Shown piece after piece: positions 16,507 to 28,955 of a stretch of DNA of 64,000 nucleotides. Each line of letters begins with the position of its first letter. Within the stretch, counting starts at the first letter, position 1. The position numbers were made by a program, and so were the translations under genes. Source of the stretch: Macrostomum lignano (taxonomy: Eukaryota); assembly GCA_002269645.1 (NCBI GenBank), contig NIVC01000094.1, positions 434,001 to 498,000 on the forward strand, read 5' to 3'. The notes beneath the pieces were generated by a model, which was not told the origin of the DNA, searched no databases, and worked only from the letters and a program-made list of their open reading frames with translations.

Positions 16507-17446
16507 ACCTCGGCGGCTGAGTTTTCATTTCCTTGCCTCACTACTTGCTGTTGTTAGTAGGTCTATGAGCAAACAATGCTATTTTTAACTTTGCGTGTAA
16601 ATTAGTTTTTAATAATAAGAAATACTTAGATGATAAGTTATTTTGGCGACTAGGATTGACACCTGTTGCAAAATCTGAAAATATTGAATTAAGGCTTTAA
16701 CCTTTACACTTTTTGAAAATCTAATCCCTGATATAGTGATATCATTTGACACTTTGAGGCCATGACGTCTGTTTAATTTAACAAGTCTAGTTAACGTACG
16801 CTCGTATGTTTATTATTATGTTAGAAAGCAATTCCTGTGGATTTCACCGCAAATAGTGCTGTTGTTTCTGGTTTTCTGTTCAAAAATTTTAACAAAATAG
16901 ATGTGCCTTCAGCTCCTACACAAACCCAAATTGCGAAGTATTGTTGGATTTGATAATCAAATACTAAAAGACGAGCAGTCTGTCTTTTAAAATAGCTTCT
17001 TTTTAGCCAGCTAAGCTGCCGTAGATGTACGCCCCAGAGTTGAGCTTCCGCTGCACTGGAAGAATTTTGCACGGACGGCGGTTCCGACTAATTTAAATAA
17101 TTCACTGCAGGCATCCAAGGTGTGCTCATGCATTTTTTAATCGGGCATTTCATCACGCCACTGATATAGCGACGCTACTCAACGTGCTCGCGTCTGTCAT
17201 GCTCAGGGCGACAGAACTCACAGTTTAAACCGGCCGACTGATTGGCGCGGATTCTCCCGGCCGGATGCGTCGGACCAATCCATCTGATAGATTAATGGCC
17301 CCGTGATTAAGCAGAGCTCCAGTTGCATTGTGTTTGCCTCTTGTTTAACATGCACACTAATTATCTGCAATCGTACTTAGCAGTGTAATTATAATAAATG
17401 ACAATGCCGAGGCCTCCGGCACGAAGGTCGCGGCGCCGCTTCCTCC

Positions 17447-17509
17447 GGGGTTGACCCAAGGACCACTAGGAACACTTCGTTCTAATCTAGTAGTCCTTGG
17501 GTTGACCTC
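17447..17509 (+). ncRNA. Candidate pre-miRNA-like hairpin (63 nt)
   Basis: ggggttgacccaaggaccactag pairs with ctagtagtccttgggttgacctc over 23 positions (3 G-U, 1 mismatch); 17-nt loop. No known family recognised. Confidence 0.35.
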
Positions 17510-17732
17510 CGCAGTGAGCACTACCCCCTATTCATAAAGCATCGGCAATGAAAATGACCGATGACCACTATAGCAAAATCTGCTGCACCATGAAGATCTG
17601 TAACTAATTGACCTGGAGTCTGCGTTCTAAGAAACAAACTACGTCATATGAACTATAGTCTCGACACTCCGTTTTTGAACAAAATGTCGATAGTAGTTGG
17701 CCCGAGGGTTTTCGTGCGATTCCCGCCCGTGA

Positions 17733-17867
17733 GGGCCAACCACCAAGGCACAGAGACTGTACATGCCTGATGATTAGAAATTCAGAGCCGTTGTTCACCC
17801 TGCGTGAGCGTGTGAGTGCGTTCCTGCGTACTGGCGCGCTTGGATGTGCTCAGGAGCCAGCGGAATG
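17733..17867 (+). mobile_element. Short dispersed repeat (~135 bp), copy A; related copies at 49087-49139 and 55916-56047
   Basis: Shared blocks gggccaacc.ccaa.gcacagaga.tg.aca, gaaa.tcag, cctgcgtac and gtgctcaggagccagc. Confidence 0.5.
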
Positions 17868-18573
17868 CTGTAACCTTCAACTGATTCTGTCAAACCTATT
17901 TCTCTCACACAATGATTCCCGATTTATAATGCTCCGGGAAGTCTCCACTCTCGGTACCCACCACCGATAGCCCTCAAAGCTAGCAGAGAAGAATCTGCAG
18001 CCTACGGCTCGGAGCCGAAGCATCTTTTCCTGTTGAGCTGTTGCTGACTTGAATCCCTCACTCGTCAAAAAGTTTAGTTGAACCTGCGCTGACTCCTCCC
18101 ATCTGAGCAGCTCTTCTTGGCCTCTAAAGCGATCTCATAGAGAAAGGATAAAGTACAAAGGAAAGCAAAGGAAGGAAGACTCAAATTTGTGAGCCTGCAG
18201 ACAGAGAGCAGGGGGATCAGAGCTCAATGAGGCTCAAAAAGCAACTGGAAGAAGCGACTCCAAAGTGAAATGCTGAAGAGGATGCCGGGACCGGTTTGCA
18301 AGCGGCTTGGAAGCTCAGCGGACTCGGCTACTATTGGCCAAAAATACCTGCATCCTCAAAAAATACTCACTTAGTTGCGGCTGACAGGCAACCTGCGGGC
18401 TGGTCCAATCCGCTGCCCCGCCTGCTGCATAATACCAAAGTTCCGGGCTAAAGCCCTGCAGCCTGCAGTTTGCCTCAGCCCGTGACCGCGCCTGACCCCC
18501 CCCCCCTCACAGCTTGCTCTGCTTCGAACAAAAGCGAGGCGAAGATTGTCTGTGCGGACCCACTGAGCTGTGC

Positions 18574-19665
18574 ATGGGCACCGGCGGGCCCCGGACTCCA
18601 CGGGCGTCAGCCGCTCTGACCGCTTCCGCCGCGATTCTGACCGCGCTGCTCCTGTCTCTGCTGATGCCAACGTCGGCAGTGTCCTCTGAGTGCCACTGGA
18701 ACGCCTGGACCAGTCCTTCATCTGGGCGGCAGTGCGTGTGGCGCAACACAACCGTAGGACTACCGTCTAGAAGCCACGTGATCAGCCGGATTGTCACCTT
18801 CTGTGCGAAAGTGTCCCGCGTGCGCACAATGCACTGCAGCCAAGTCGACGACCTTGCAGACGGTGGCGAAGACTCGCAAACAGAGTTCCTCGAGCCGGCA
18901 GCGTTCGCGCCAGGCCTGGACCCGCTGAATGACCAGCCCGTGCCGGTGAGGCAGGCAGGCGATGACTGCTCAGAGCGCGGATGCCCGCCGCTCGATGGCC
19001 AATGGTGCTACTGGACCGCCTCTTTGAACTGCGACTTCCAGTGCCGCCTGGCGCAGCCCAACGCCAGCCAGGGCGGCGCCGAGGTCTTCCTGGTCAGGCG
19101 CCGCTTGTGCGCCTGTCCGAGACCGCGTAACCACGGCGCCGACTGCCCAGGCGCCGGGCTGGAGCGGGTTCGCTGCCGGTGCGAGTCGCTGGTCGACAGC
19201 CTGCGCGCTTTTCTTGGCACAGCGCCTGGCGCGCTGACGGCAGCCGGCGCCGCGATCGGCTTCTGCATTCTCGTCGCCTGCTGCGTGTTGCGCGCCCGCT
19301 GGGACCCCGACGGCGACGAAGAAGGTGAAACCGAAGCCCAGAGCAGCGGCAACGGCGTGCCGAGATGCTCGGCGGTTCGACTGGTCAATGCACCGACCGA
19401 GCTGACCTCCCTGCCCTGCAGCAGCAGCAGCGCCCGCGATCCCAGCTCGCTTGAGTTCACGGACCCGCCGAGGACGCAGAGGCGGCAGCGACGTCCAGCG
19501 CCGCCCCCTCCGCGTGAGCCGCCTGCAGCCCAAAGCAGAAAGCGCAGGCCGCCGCCCCCGCCACCGACGTCGACCTCGGATCGACAATCATCCCACTCAT
19601 CTGCGGTGACTTTGCTGCAAACCGCCGTAATGTATTCTGCTCACCTTCCAGATGATGTGGTGTAA
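18574..19665 (+). CDS. Single-pass membrane protein with thrombospondin type-1 (TSP1)-like domains and Pro/Arg-rich tail, intronless, ~363 aa
   Basis: Hydrophobic signal (AAILTALLLSLLMPTSAVSS); CHWNAWTS..C; DGQWCYWT..CDFQC...RRRLC.CPRPRNHGADCPG...ERVRC is a TSP1 pattern; TM ALTAAGAAIGFCILVACCVL. Confidence 0.72.
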   Translation: MGTGGPRTPRASAALTASAAILTALLLSLLMPTSAVSSECHWNAWTSPSSGRQCVWRNTTVGLPSRSHVISRIVTFCAKVSRVRTMHCSQVDDLADGGEDSQTEFLEPAAFAPGLDPLNDQPVPVRQAGDDCSERGCPPLDGQWCYWTASLNCDFQCRLAQPNASQGGAEVFLVRRRLCACPRPRNHGADCPGAGLERVRCRCESLVDSLRAFLGTAPGALTAAGAAIGFCILVACCVLRARWDPDGDEEGETEAQSSGNGVPRCSAVRLVNAPTELTSLPCSSSSARDPSSLEFTDPPRTQRRQRRPAPPPPREPPAAQSRKRRPPPPPPTSTSDRQSSHSSAVTLLQTAVMYSAHLPDDVV

Positions 19666-21651
19666 CAGGGGGTTGGGGGCTCGAGTTTTATCAGCTCAGT
19701 AAATTTATTCATGCATTACTTATGATGTCAGTCATTTACGGTAAACGTATACTTGTCATCGCGGACTTAACCGTGCGCTCAAATGCTGAAGTCATTAGTC
19801 TCTGTGTTAGTGTGCGATACATGACGTTGCTCTGCTCGCCAAGTTGACCGCTGCCTTTGCCTTCCTTCAGCATGTGTGTATATGAAAAAATGCTTTTGCA
19901 AATCATTGATTCATGCAGCGGAGGATCGCTCCCATTTTTTTAATTCGAAAAAAGCATTTACGAATTCAGTGCAGTAGTTAATTAATGGAGTTGTACTACT
20001 GTGTTAATCAATGCACCATAAATCTATTTTACGACTCAGATAATTGAATGCAATTGGAAAATCCGTTCATAAGGATTGCATGCTCTTTCTTCTTTGACCC
20101 TTAGGCGCTGCCTCGCTCCCTTGCTGCAAGCAGCTGATGGACAGAAAATTCGAGCAGCAGAACTTCAAGTCTGAGAAACACAATGCAACAGTTAAAATTG
20201 TAGAATAGTTAAAATCGTAAAATGAAAAAGGGAAATGAAAAGATTCTGGAATGGCTAAATGTACTGAAAATACACTTTTGAATCACCGGAACACCACTCA
20301 TATTACATAGAGATGCGGCTAGACCGCTGCTAGATTTGAGTGCGTACCACAGGAATCTGCGGAAAGATCAAATAATCTCTTATAACAGTTTACTAGTGCT
20401 GAAAATGTTTTTATATGGATTGATGTTGGCGAGAAAAAGGCAGACATTAGTTCATCAAGAGACAACCTCCAGCAAACCAACCTCCTACAAACTGGCAATT
20501 GATTAATAAAAAGACGTACATATAATGCTTCCAATAAAAATTAGAAAAAACTGTATACGCAGATAAAAGCAAAGCTTCTGAATTTTTCTTTTTGTGCTTT
20601 TCTTGTTTGTTTTAATGGACGTTTTTAATTTCCGTTCCTGCAATTTGAAAAAACGATTTCTATGAACTCAATCTTTCAAATCATAGCTCCGCTTAAAATC
20701 TAGCTTTTCATGACATTTTATAGCGGAGGTATACTCCTAGCTGGATTAAAATTATTCTGTAAATCTGTTCGAATCAGAAGATGCATATTATGTGTTTATG
20801 ATGTTAATATACATATAATATTGTCAATTTATAATGCTGAAAAGTGAAAACTCTAATTGTAATTCGAGCCGATTGATAACTTGATACTCTATCTATTGCT
20901 ATTTATTGTATGTAATGGAATTTATTTCGATTTAGCTTCTGTTTACATAGTTATCTAGCATAAATAAGATAGTTGGGAAAAGCATTAAGTTTGTTGGCTA
21001 GTGAGTATGAAATAATATTTGCATAGAAATAACAAAGTTTGAACTTTGAAACAATTTCTCATGCATGGCTCTTTTTCATATTCTGTTGGCTATACTCAAT
21101 ATAGCTTTGAGTCAATAATATTAATATTATTTTTGGCTTAAATGAGCTATACCTAACATAAATATAATTTTGTCTTACTTTCGTATTATTAAACTTAGTA
21201 AATAGCTTTGTAGTTGTATGTAATAGGCTTAAGAGTAAAAACATAAACCTAAGTGTCTGTTCAATTTATAATATTTATGTTATCATTTATAGTTTAATAA
21301 TCTATATTTTTTTTTCTTTAGGAAAGTATGTTCTTATATATTTAAAATTGATTTTTTATACATCATATTTTAGGTGCAAAAACATTTAAGTCATTCTGTC
21401 ATAATTTAAATCAAGCAAATTTTTTTTGTAAAATGAATATATTAAAAACTGTATTAGTAGTAGTATCTCATCTTATAACATTAAATATCCATTTAGACTA
21501 TTGTATTTAGTTTACATATAAAGCATTTTTCATTGGGTAACATTACTAATGCAGATTGGAAAATATCATTGCCAGTGGTTTGTGATATTTATATCAGTTA
21601 TTTTATGGATATTTGCTTCCCGCAGTGCATCCGCTCCAGGCTGCCTCCTAC

Positions 21652-24600
21652 ATGCCTGACTACTATCTGCACCTTCGCCGACATCGCCGAGGCAGCCACC
21701 TGGTGCTGGACGCCTGGCGTCGGCAGCTGCGCGATCGATTCGAGCTGGAGGAGGCCGGCGGCGGCGGAATCCTGCTGCTGACCCTGCTTGATGAGGCAGA
21801 CGAAAGTTCTACCGCGCCTTTGACTGGCCACGAGCGGGCGGCCGCCTGCGCCCGTGCTCTGGCTCAGTGCCGCGCGGATGGGCCTCTGGCTGACGCTTTT
21901 GGCGGCAGCGGCGGCAGCGGAAGTGGCGGTACCTCCTGGCTGGATGCCGACCCTTCCTTGATGCGATTCTGCAAGCGAAAGGTGACCATTGCAATGGCTC
22001 CCTGATTGGCTCTCAGCTGCTAGGCCAGCCTCCCAGATCCTTAGTTGCTGGGCCACCGCCACCCTCCCAGATCCTCAGAACTGCTGGTCAACCCTCCCAG
22101 ATCCCCAGTTTCTGGGCCAGCTTCCCAGATACTCAGTTGCTGGGCCAGTCTCCCAGATACTCAGTTTCTGGGCCAGCCTCCCAGATCCTCAGTTGCTGGG
22201 CCAGCCTCCCAGATCCTCAGTTGCTGGGCCAGCCTCCCAGATCCTCAGTTGCTGGGCCAGCTTCCCAGATCCCCAGTTGCTGGGCCAGCCTCCCAGATCC
22301 CCAGTTGCTGGGCCAGCTTCCCAGATCCCCAGTTGCTGGGCCAGCCTCCCAGATCCTCAGTTGCTGGGCCAGCCTCCCAGATCCTTAGTTGCTGGGCCAC
22401 CGCCACCCTCCCAGATCCTCAGAACTGCTGGTAAACCCTCCCAGATCCCCAGTTGCTGGGCCAGCTTCCCAGATCCTCAGTTGCTGGGCCTGCCTCCCAG
22501 ATCCTCAGTTGCTGGGCCAGCTTCCCAGATCCTCAGTTGCTGGGCCTGCTTCCCAGATCCCCAGTTGCTGGGCCAGCTTCCCAGATCCTCAGTTGCTGGG
22601 CCAGCCTCCCAGATCTTCAGCTGCTGGGCCAGCCTCATAGATCCTCAGTTGCTGCGTCACCATCCCAACAAATTTCTTCACTGAAGCAGTTCTTGACTTT
22701 ATTTCTGATCACGCATTTCCCTGCCGCAGGGCTTTCTCCGCTCCCACGGTCCCCTGCACCGGCCGTCGGAGGCCCGCTCCCTGTGGCGCCGCCTGCTGAT
22801 GTCGGCGCGTCCACCAGTGGAGGAACTGCGCGCCTACTTCGGCGAGCCGGTGGCGCTGTACTTCGAGTGGATGCACTGCTACTCCTGCTGGCTGGGCCCG
22901 CCCGCCGTCTTCGGCCTGCTGCTCTGGCTGGCGTCGCTTCGGTCGGGCGTGTCGGTGGACAACAACCCCTACTTGTCGCTGTACGCTGTCGGCCTGTCAG
23001 TCTGGGGCTTCACATTTCTAAAATTGTGGCATCGGCGCGAAACGGAGCTGGCGCACGCCTGGGGCACCCTGGGACTCGTGCGGCTGGCGTCCAAGCTGAG
23101 GCCGGAGTTCTGGGGGCACAAGCGGATCAGCCCGGTCACCGGGGAGCTGGAGATTCATTATCCCAGGTGCGGCTTTGGGGTAATGATAAGCCGATCCAAG
23201 CACTGAGTGAGAGCGGAGAGGCAGATTCAAGCACTGAGGGAGAGTGGAGAGGCAGATTCAAGCACTGGGGAGAGCGGAGAGGCAGATTCAAGCACTGAAT
23301 GAGAGCGGAGAGGCAGATCCAAGCACTGAATGAGAGCGGTGAGGCAGATCCAAGCACTGAATGAGAGCGGAGAGGCAGATCCAAGCACTGGGGGAGAGCG
23401 GAGAGGCAGATCCAAGCACTGGGGGAGAGCGGAGAGGCAGATCCAAGCACTGAGGGAGAGCGGAGAGGCAGATCCAAGCACTGGGGGAGAGCGGAGAGGC
23501 AGATTCAAGCACTGAGGGAGAGCGGTGAGGCAGATCCAAGCACTGAATGAGAGCGGAGAGGCAGATTCAAGCACTGAATGAGAGCGGAGAGGCAGATTCA
23601 AGCACTGAATGAGAGCGGAGAGGCAGATCCAAGCACTGAGGGAGAGCGGAGAGGCAGATCCAAGCACTGAATGAGAGCGGAGAGGCAGATTCAAGCACTG
23701 AATGAGAGCGGAGAGGCAGATTCAAGCACTGAATGAGAGCGGAGAGGCAGATCCAAGCACTGGGGGAGAGCGGAGAGGCAGATCCAAGCACTGAATGAGA
23801 GCGGAGAGGCAGATTCAAGCACTGAATGAGAGCGGTGAGGCAGATTCAAGCACTGAATGAGAGCGGAGAGGCAGATTCAAGCACTGAATGAGAGCGGAGA
23901 GGCAGATTCAAGCACTGAATGAGAGCGGAGAGGCAGATTCAAGCACTGAATGAGAGCGGAGAGGCAGATCCAAGCACTGGGGGAGAGCGGAGAGGCAGAT
24001 CCAAGCACTGAATGAGAGCGGAGAGGCAGATTCAAGCACTGAATGAGAGCGGAGAGGCAGATTCAAGCACTGAGGGAGAGCGGAGAGGCAGATCCAAGCA
24101 CTGAATGAGAGCGGAGAGGCAGATCCAAGCACTGGGGGAGAGCGGAGAGGCAGATCAAAGCACTGAATGAGAGCGGTGAGGCAGATTCAAGCACTGAGGG
24201 AGAGCGCAGAGGCAGATTCAAGCACTGAGGGAGAGCGGTGAGGCAGATTCAAGCACTGAGGGAGAGCGGTGAGGCAGATTCAAGCACTGAGGGAGAGCGG
24301 AGAGGCAGATTCTAACACTGAAATAATTTGAATAGCATTTTATTCTACAAAAACAGATGGCGCCGCCGTCTGAAGCAGACCTGCTCGGGCATAGCAACCG
24401 TTGCTATGCTGCTAGTGGCACTGGCTTACACCGTGTGCAGCCTGAATCTGCAGGGCATGGTGGAGCCGGTGCACAGGTTCAACTACACCAACCCCTTCCA
24501 CATCGCCGTACTGGCGGCTCAGGCCGGCCCCGGCCGCGTCTTCGACCGCACCTGCGCCTGGCGAGCTACCCTGGCCGCCGTGCTGCACTCCGCCGGCGTC

Positions 24601-27600
24601 TTCGTGCTCAACCGCCTGCTGTTCCGCCGGGTGGCCGAGGCTCTGACTAAATGGGAGAATCATCCCACCGTGGCCGAGCACGAGTCCGCTCTGGTGGGTG
24701 GGCAGCTTGGGGAGGTTTTGGGGCCACTCTTCACTGCTTCTGCACTACCGCACTTTTTATATTCTACTCTTTAGCAAGGTTTAGCACAGGTAGCGTCTTA
24801 TCTTATCTACCCCCTCCTCGCTTATCTACCCACTCCTCGCTTATCATCTACCCTCTCCTCGCTTATCAACCCTCTCCTCGCTTATCTACCCACTCCTCGC
24901 TTATCTACCCACTCCTCGCTTATCTACCCACTCCTCGCTTATCTACCCACTCCTCGCTTATCTACCCTCTCCTCGCTTATCTACCCACTCCTCGCTTATC
25001 TACCCACTCCTCGCTTATCTACACACTCCTCGCTTATCTACCCACTCCTCGCTTATCCACCCTATCCTCGCTTATCTACCCACTCCTCGCTTATCTACCC
25101 ACTCCTCGCTTATCTACCCACTCCTCGCTTATCAACCCTCTCCTCGCTTATCTACCCACTCCTCGCTTATCTACCCACTCCTCGCTTATCTACCCACTCC
25201 TCGCTTATCTACCCACTCCTCGCTTATCTACCCACTCCTCGCTTATCTACCCTCTCCTCGCTTATCTACCCACTCCTCGCTTATCTACCCACTCCTCGCT
25301 TATCTACACACTCCTCGCTTATCTACCCACTCCTCGCTTATCTACCCACTCCTCGCTTATCTACCCACTCCTCGCTTATCTACCCACTCCTCGCTTATCT
25401 ACCCTCTCCTCGCTTATCTACCCACTCCTCGCTTATCTACCCACTCCTCGCTTATCTACACACTCCTCGCTTATCTACCCACTCCTCGCTTATCCACCCT
25501 ATCCTCGCTTATCTACCCACTCCTCGCTTATCTACCCACTCCTCGCTTATCTACCCACTCCTCGCTTATCAACCCTCTCCTCGCTTATCTACCCACTCCT
25601 CGCTTATCTACCCACTCCTCGCTTATCTACCCACTCCTCGCTTATCTACCCACTCCTCGCTTATCTACCCTCTCCTCGCTTATCTACCCTCTCCTCGCTT
25701 ATCTACCCACTCCTCGCTTATCTACCCACTCCTCGCTTATCTACACACTCCTCGCTTATCTACCCACTCCTCGCTTATCTACCCACTCCTCGCTTATCTA
25801 CCCTCTCCTCGCTTATCTACCCACTCCTCGCTTATCTACCCACTCCTCGCTTATCTACCCACTCCTCGCTTATCTACACACTCCTCGCTTATCTACCCAC
25901 TCCTCGCTTATCCACCCTATCCTCGCTTATCTACCCTCTCCTCGCTTATCATCTACCCTCTCCTCACTTATCTACCCTCTCATCGCTTATCTACCCTCTC
26001 CTCTACCCACTCCTTATCCACCCTATCCTCGTTTATCTATCTAATTCTTGCTTATCTACCCTCTCCTCGCTTATCATCTACCCTCTCCTCGCTTATCAAC
26101 CCTCTCCTCGCTTATCTACCCTCTCATCGCTTATCTACCCTCTCCTCACTTATCTACCCTCTCCTCGCTTATCAACCCTCTCCTCGCTTATCTACCCTCT
26201 CCTCGCTTATCTACCCTCTCCTCGCTTAGCCACCCTCTCCTCCCTTATCCACCCTGTCCTCTCCTATCTATATTTTTTCTCTTACCTACTCACTTCCCGC
26301 TTCACCCACACTTCCCCGTGCCCGCCGCAGGTGCTGAAGCGCTACTGCCTGGAGGCGTTCGACTACTACGCCGCCCCGCTCTACTTGGCCTTCTACGAGC
26401 TCGACGTGCTGGCGCTTCGCTCGGCGCTGTTCACCCTGTTCGTGGCCGACTGCCTCCGCCGACTCGCCACCGAGCTGGTGCTGCCCTACTGCCTGCTGCT
26501 CGCCCAGGACCGGGCCAGGCGACTCCGCGACGCTGCTGCCAAGAAGGCGGACGCCGATCAGCAGCCTCCTCAGCAACAGCAGCAGCAGCCGGCACTTCAA
26601 GAAGGCGACGCCGTTGATTCAATTCAAGACGCTCGGGCTGACAATTGCGTCACGGACAAGACCCTGCTAGCTGAAGTATCCAGCGATAAGTATGAGCAGT
26701 TCGACGACTACCTGGAGATGTGCATCCAGCATGGCTACATCCTGCTGTTCGCCTCCTCCTTCCCGCTGGCCTCCTTGTTGGCCATCGTCACCAACGCTGT
26801 GGAGACCCGGTCTGACGCCTACAAGCTCTGCTTTGTGACCAGGTGACCCACTGGGGGCTCTGCTTTGTGACCAGGTGACCCACTGGGGGCTCTGCTTTGT
26901 GACCAGGTGACCCACTGGGGCTCTGCTTTGTGACCAGGTGACCCACTGGGGCTCTGCTTTGTGACCAGGTGACTCACTGGGGCTCTGCTTTGTGACCAGG
27001 TGACTCACTGGGGCTCTGCTTTGTGACCAGGTGACCCACTGGGGCTCTGCTTTGTGACCAGGTGACCCACTGGGGCTCTGCTTTGTGACCAGGTGACCCA
27101 CTGGGGCTCTGCTTTGTGACCAGGTGACTCACTGGGGCTCTGCTTTGTGATCAGGTGACCCACTGGGGCTCTGCTTTTTGACCAGGTGACCCACTGGGGC
27201 TCTGCTTTGTGACCAGGTGACCCACTGGGGCTCTGCTTTGTGACCAGGTGACCCACTGGGGCTCTGCTTTGTGACCAGGTGACCCACTGGGGCTCTGCTT
27301 TGTGACCAGGTGACTCACTGGGGCTCTGCTTTGTGACCAGGTGACCCACTGGGGCTCTGCTTTGTGACCAGGTGACCCACTGGGGGCTCTGCTTTGTGAC
27401 CAGGTGACCTACTGGGGGCTCTGCTTTGTGACCAGGTGACTCACTGGGGCTCTGCTTTGTGACCAGGTGACCCACTGGGGCTCTGCTTTGTGACCAGGTG
27501 ACCCATTGGGGCTCTGCTTTGTGACCAGGTGACTCACTGGGGCTCTGCTTTGGGACCAGGTGACCCACTGGGGCCCTGCTTTGTGACCCGGTGACCCACT

Positions 27601-28191
27601 GGGGCTCTGCTTTGTGACCAGGTGACCCATTATTTATCTTTAAACCAGACGGAGAGAGTGAAGATTCCTTATTGGGGATTAAATTGGGATCTGTGGACCA
27701 TAAAAGGTGAGATTTTAGTGACTTTAGCTACATCTGTGGATAAGTGGTGTTCCTGACTGGAGATTCGCGGTCCGAATAATCCTCTCGCTCTCCCAAACCC
27801 CTCTCGAAGGCGGCCGGTGGCTCCCGCGGGAGGCGCCCGCCAGTCCGCGGCCTGGCAGTCGGTGCTGGCGGCGCAGACCTGCCTGGCTGCGCTGACCAAC
27901 GCGGTGATCATCTGCGTGTCCTCCGAGCAGCTGGCGGCCTGGCTGCCCGCCCTGTACGACTCCGTGATTGCCGACGCGGCGCCCGAGGCCATCATCGCTG
28001 CCGGCATGGGCCGCTATGTGGTTGCCGCGGCCTTCATCATCGAGCACCTCATCCTGCTGGCCGGGGCTCTGATTTACCTGTCAATCAGCGACGTGCCCGC
28101 GTCTGTCAGGGTGGCCTTGGACAGGCGGCTGTTCCTGGCCGAGACGGCCGCGGCCGCAGCTGGTGATGCCGGGGTCAAGAAGACTAATTAG
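21652..28191 (+). CDS. ANO10: Anoctamin/TMEM16, ANO10 (TMEM16K)-like, 5 exons, ~665 aa: join(21652..21981,22730..23166,24357..24693,26331..26842,27810..28191)
   Basis: PLH..P.EELRAYFGEPVALYF; LTKWENH; YEQFDDYLEMCIQHGYILLFASSFPLASLLAIVTNAVETRSDAYKL; RP...WQ. Phases are compatible, total 1998 nt. Start Met is uncertain (an acceptor-like cgcag at 21625 allows an upstream exon); the last acceptor is AAG. Confidence 0.87.
22017..22650 (+). repeat. 28-bp minisatellite in ANO10 intron 1
   Basis: gctgggccagcctcccagatcctcagtt repeats. Confidence 0.92.
23190..24320 (+). repeat. 31-bp minisatellite in ANO10 intron 2
   Basis: gagagcggagaggcagattcaagcactgaat, about 36 copies. Confidence 0.95.
24800..26270 (+). 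repeat. 19-bp pyrimidine-rich minisatellite in ANO10 intron 3
   Basis: tcctcgcttatctacccac, about 75 copies; explains the first ~560 aa of ORF 24651..26846. Confidence 0.95.
26825..27629 (+). repeat. 31-bp minisatellite whose unit spans the ANO10 exon 4/intron 4 donor
   Basis: Unit gctctgctttgtgaccag|gtgacccactggg; the first copy begins inside exon 4; about 26 copies. Confidence 0.95.
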
Positions 28192-28194
28192 GCT

Positions 28195-28955
28195 GGAGCA
28201 GACAGGTGGGAGTGGGGTAGACAGGTGGGAGTGGGGCAGACAGGTGGGAGTGGGGCAGACAGGTGGGAGTGGGGCAGACAGGTGGGAGTGGGGCAGACAG
28301 GTGAGAGTATGGTAGACAGGTGGGAGTGGGGTAGACAGGTGGGAGTGGGGTAGACAGGTGGGAGTGGGGCAGACAGGTGGGAGTGGGGCAGACAGGTGAG
28401 AGTATGGTAGACAGGTGGGAGTAGGGTAGACAGGTGGGAGTAGGGTAGATAGGTGGGAGTAGGGTAGACAGGTGGGAGTAGGTTAGACAGGTGGGAGTGG
28501 GGTAGACAGGTGGGAGTGGGGTGGACAGGTGGGAGTGGGGCAGACAGGTGGGAGTAGGTTAGACAGGTGGGAGTGGGGTAGACAGGTGGGAGTGGGGTGG
28601 ACAGGTGGGAGTGGGGCAGACAGGTGGGAGTAGGTTAGACAGGTGGGAGTGGGGTAGACAGGTGGGAGTGGGGTGGACAGGTGGGAGTAGGTTAGACAGG
28701 TGGGAGTAGGTTAGACAGGTGGGAGTAGGTTAGACAGGTGGGAGTGGGGTAGACAGGTGGGAGTGGGGTAGACAGGTGGGAGTAGGTTAGACAGGTGGGA
28801 GTGGGGTAGACAGGTGGGAGTGGGGTAGACAGGTGGGAGTGGGGTGGACAGGTGGGAGTGGGGCAGACAGGTGGGAGTAGGTTAGACAGGTGGGAGTGGG
28901 GTAGACAGGTGGGAGTAGGGTAGACAGGTGGGAGTGGGGTAGACAGGTAGGAGGT
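28195..28955 (+). repeat. 19-bp G-rich minisatellite (agacaggtgggagtggggt)n directly after the ANO10 stop
   Basis: About 40 copies. Confidence 0.95.

Noticed and set aside
20200-21600. AT-rich tract with short ORFs as a transposase remnant
   Set aside because: No recognisable catalytic motif, TIRs or TSDs by eye; would need a RepeatMasker or HMM search.
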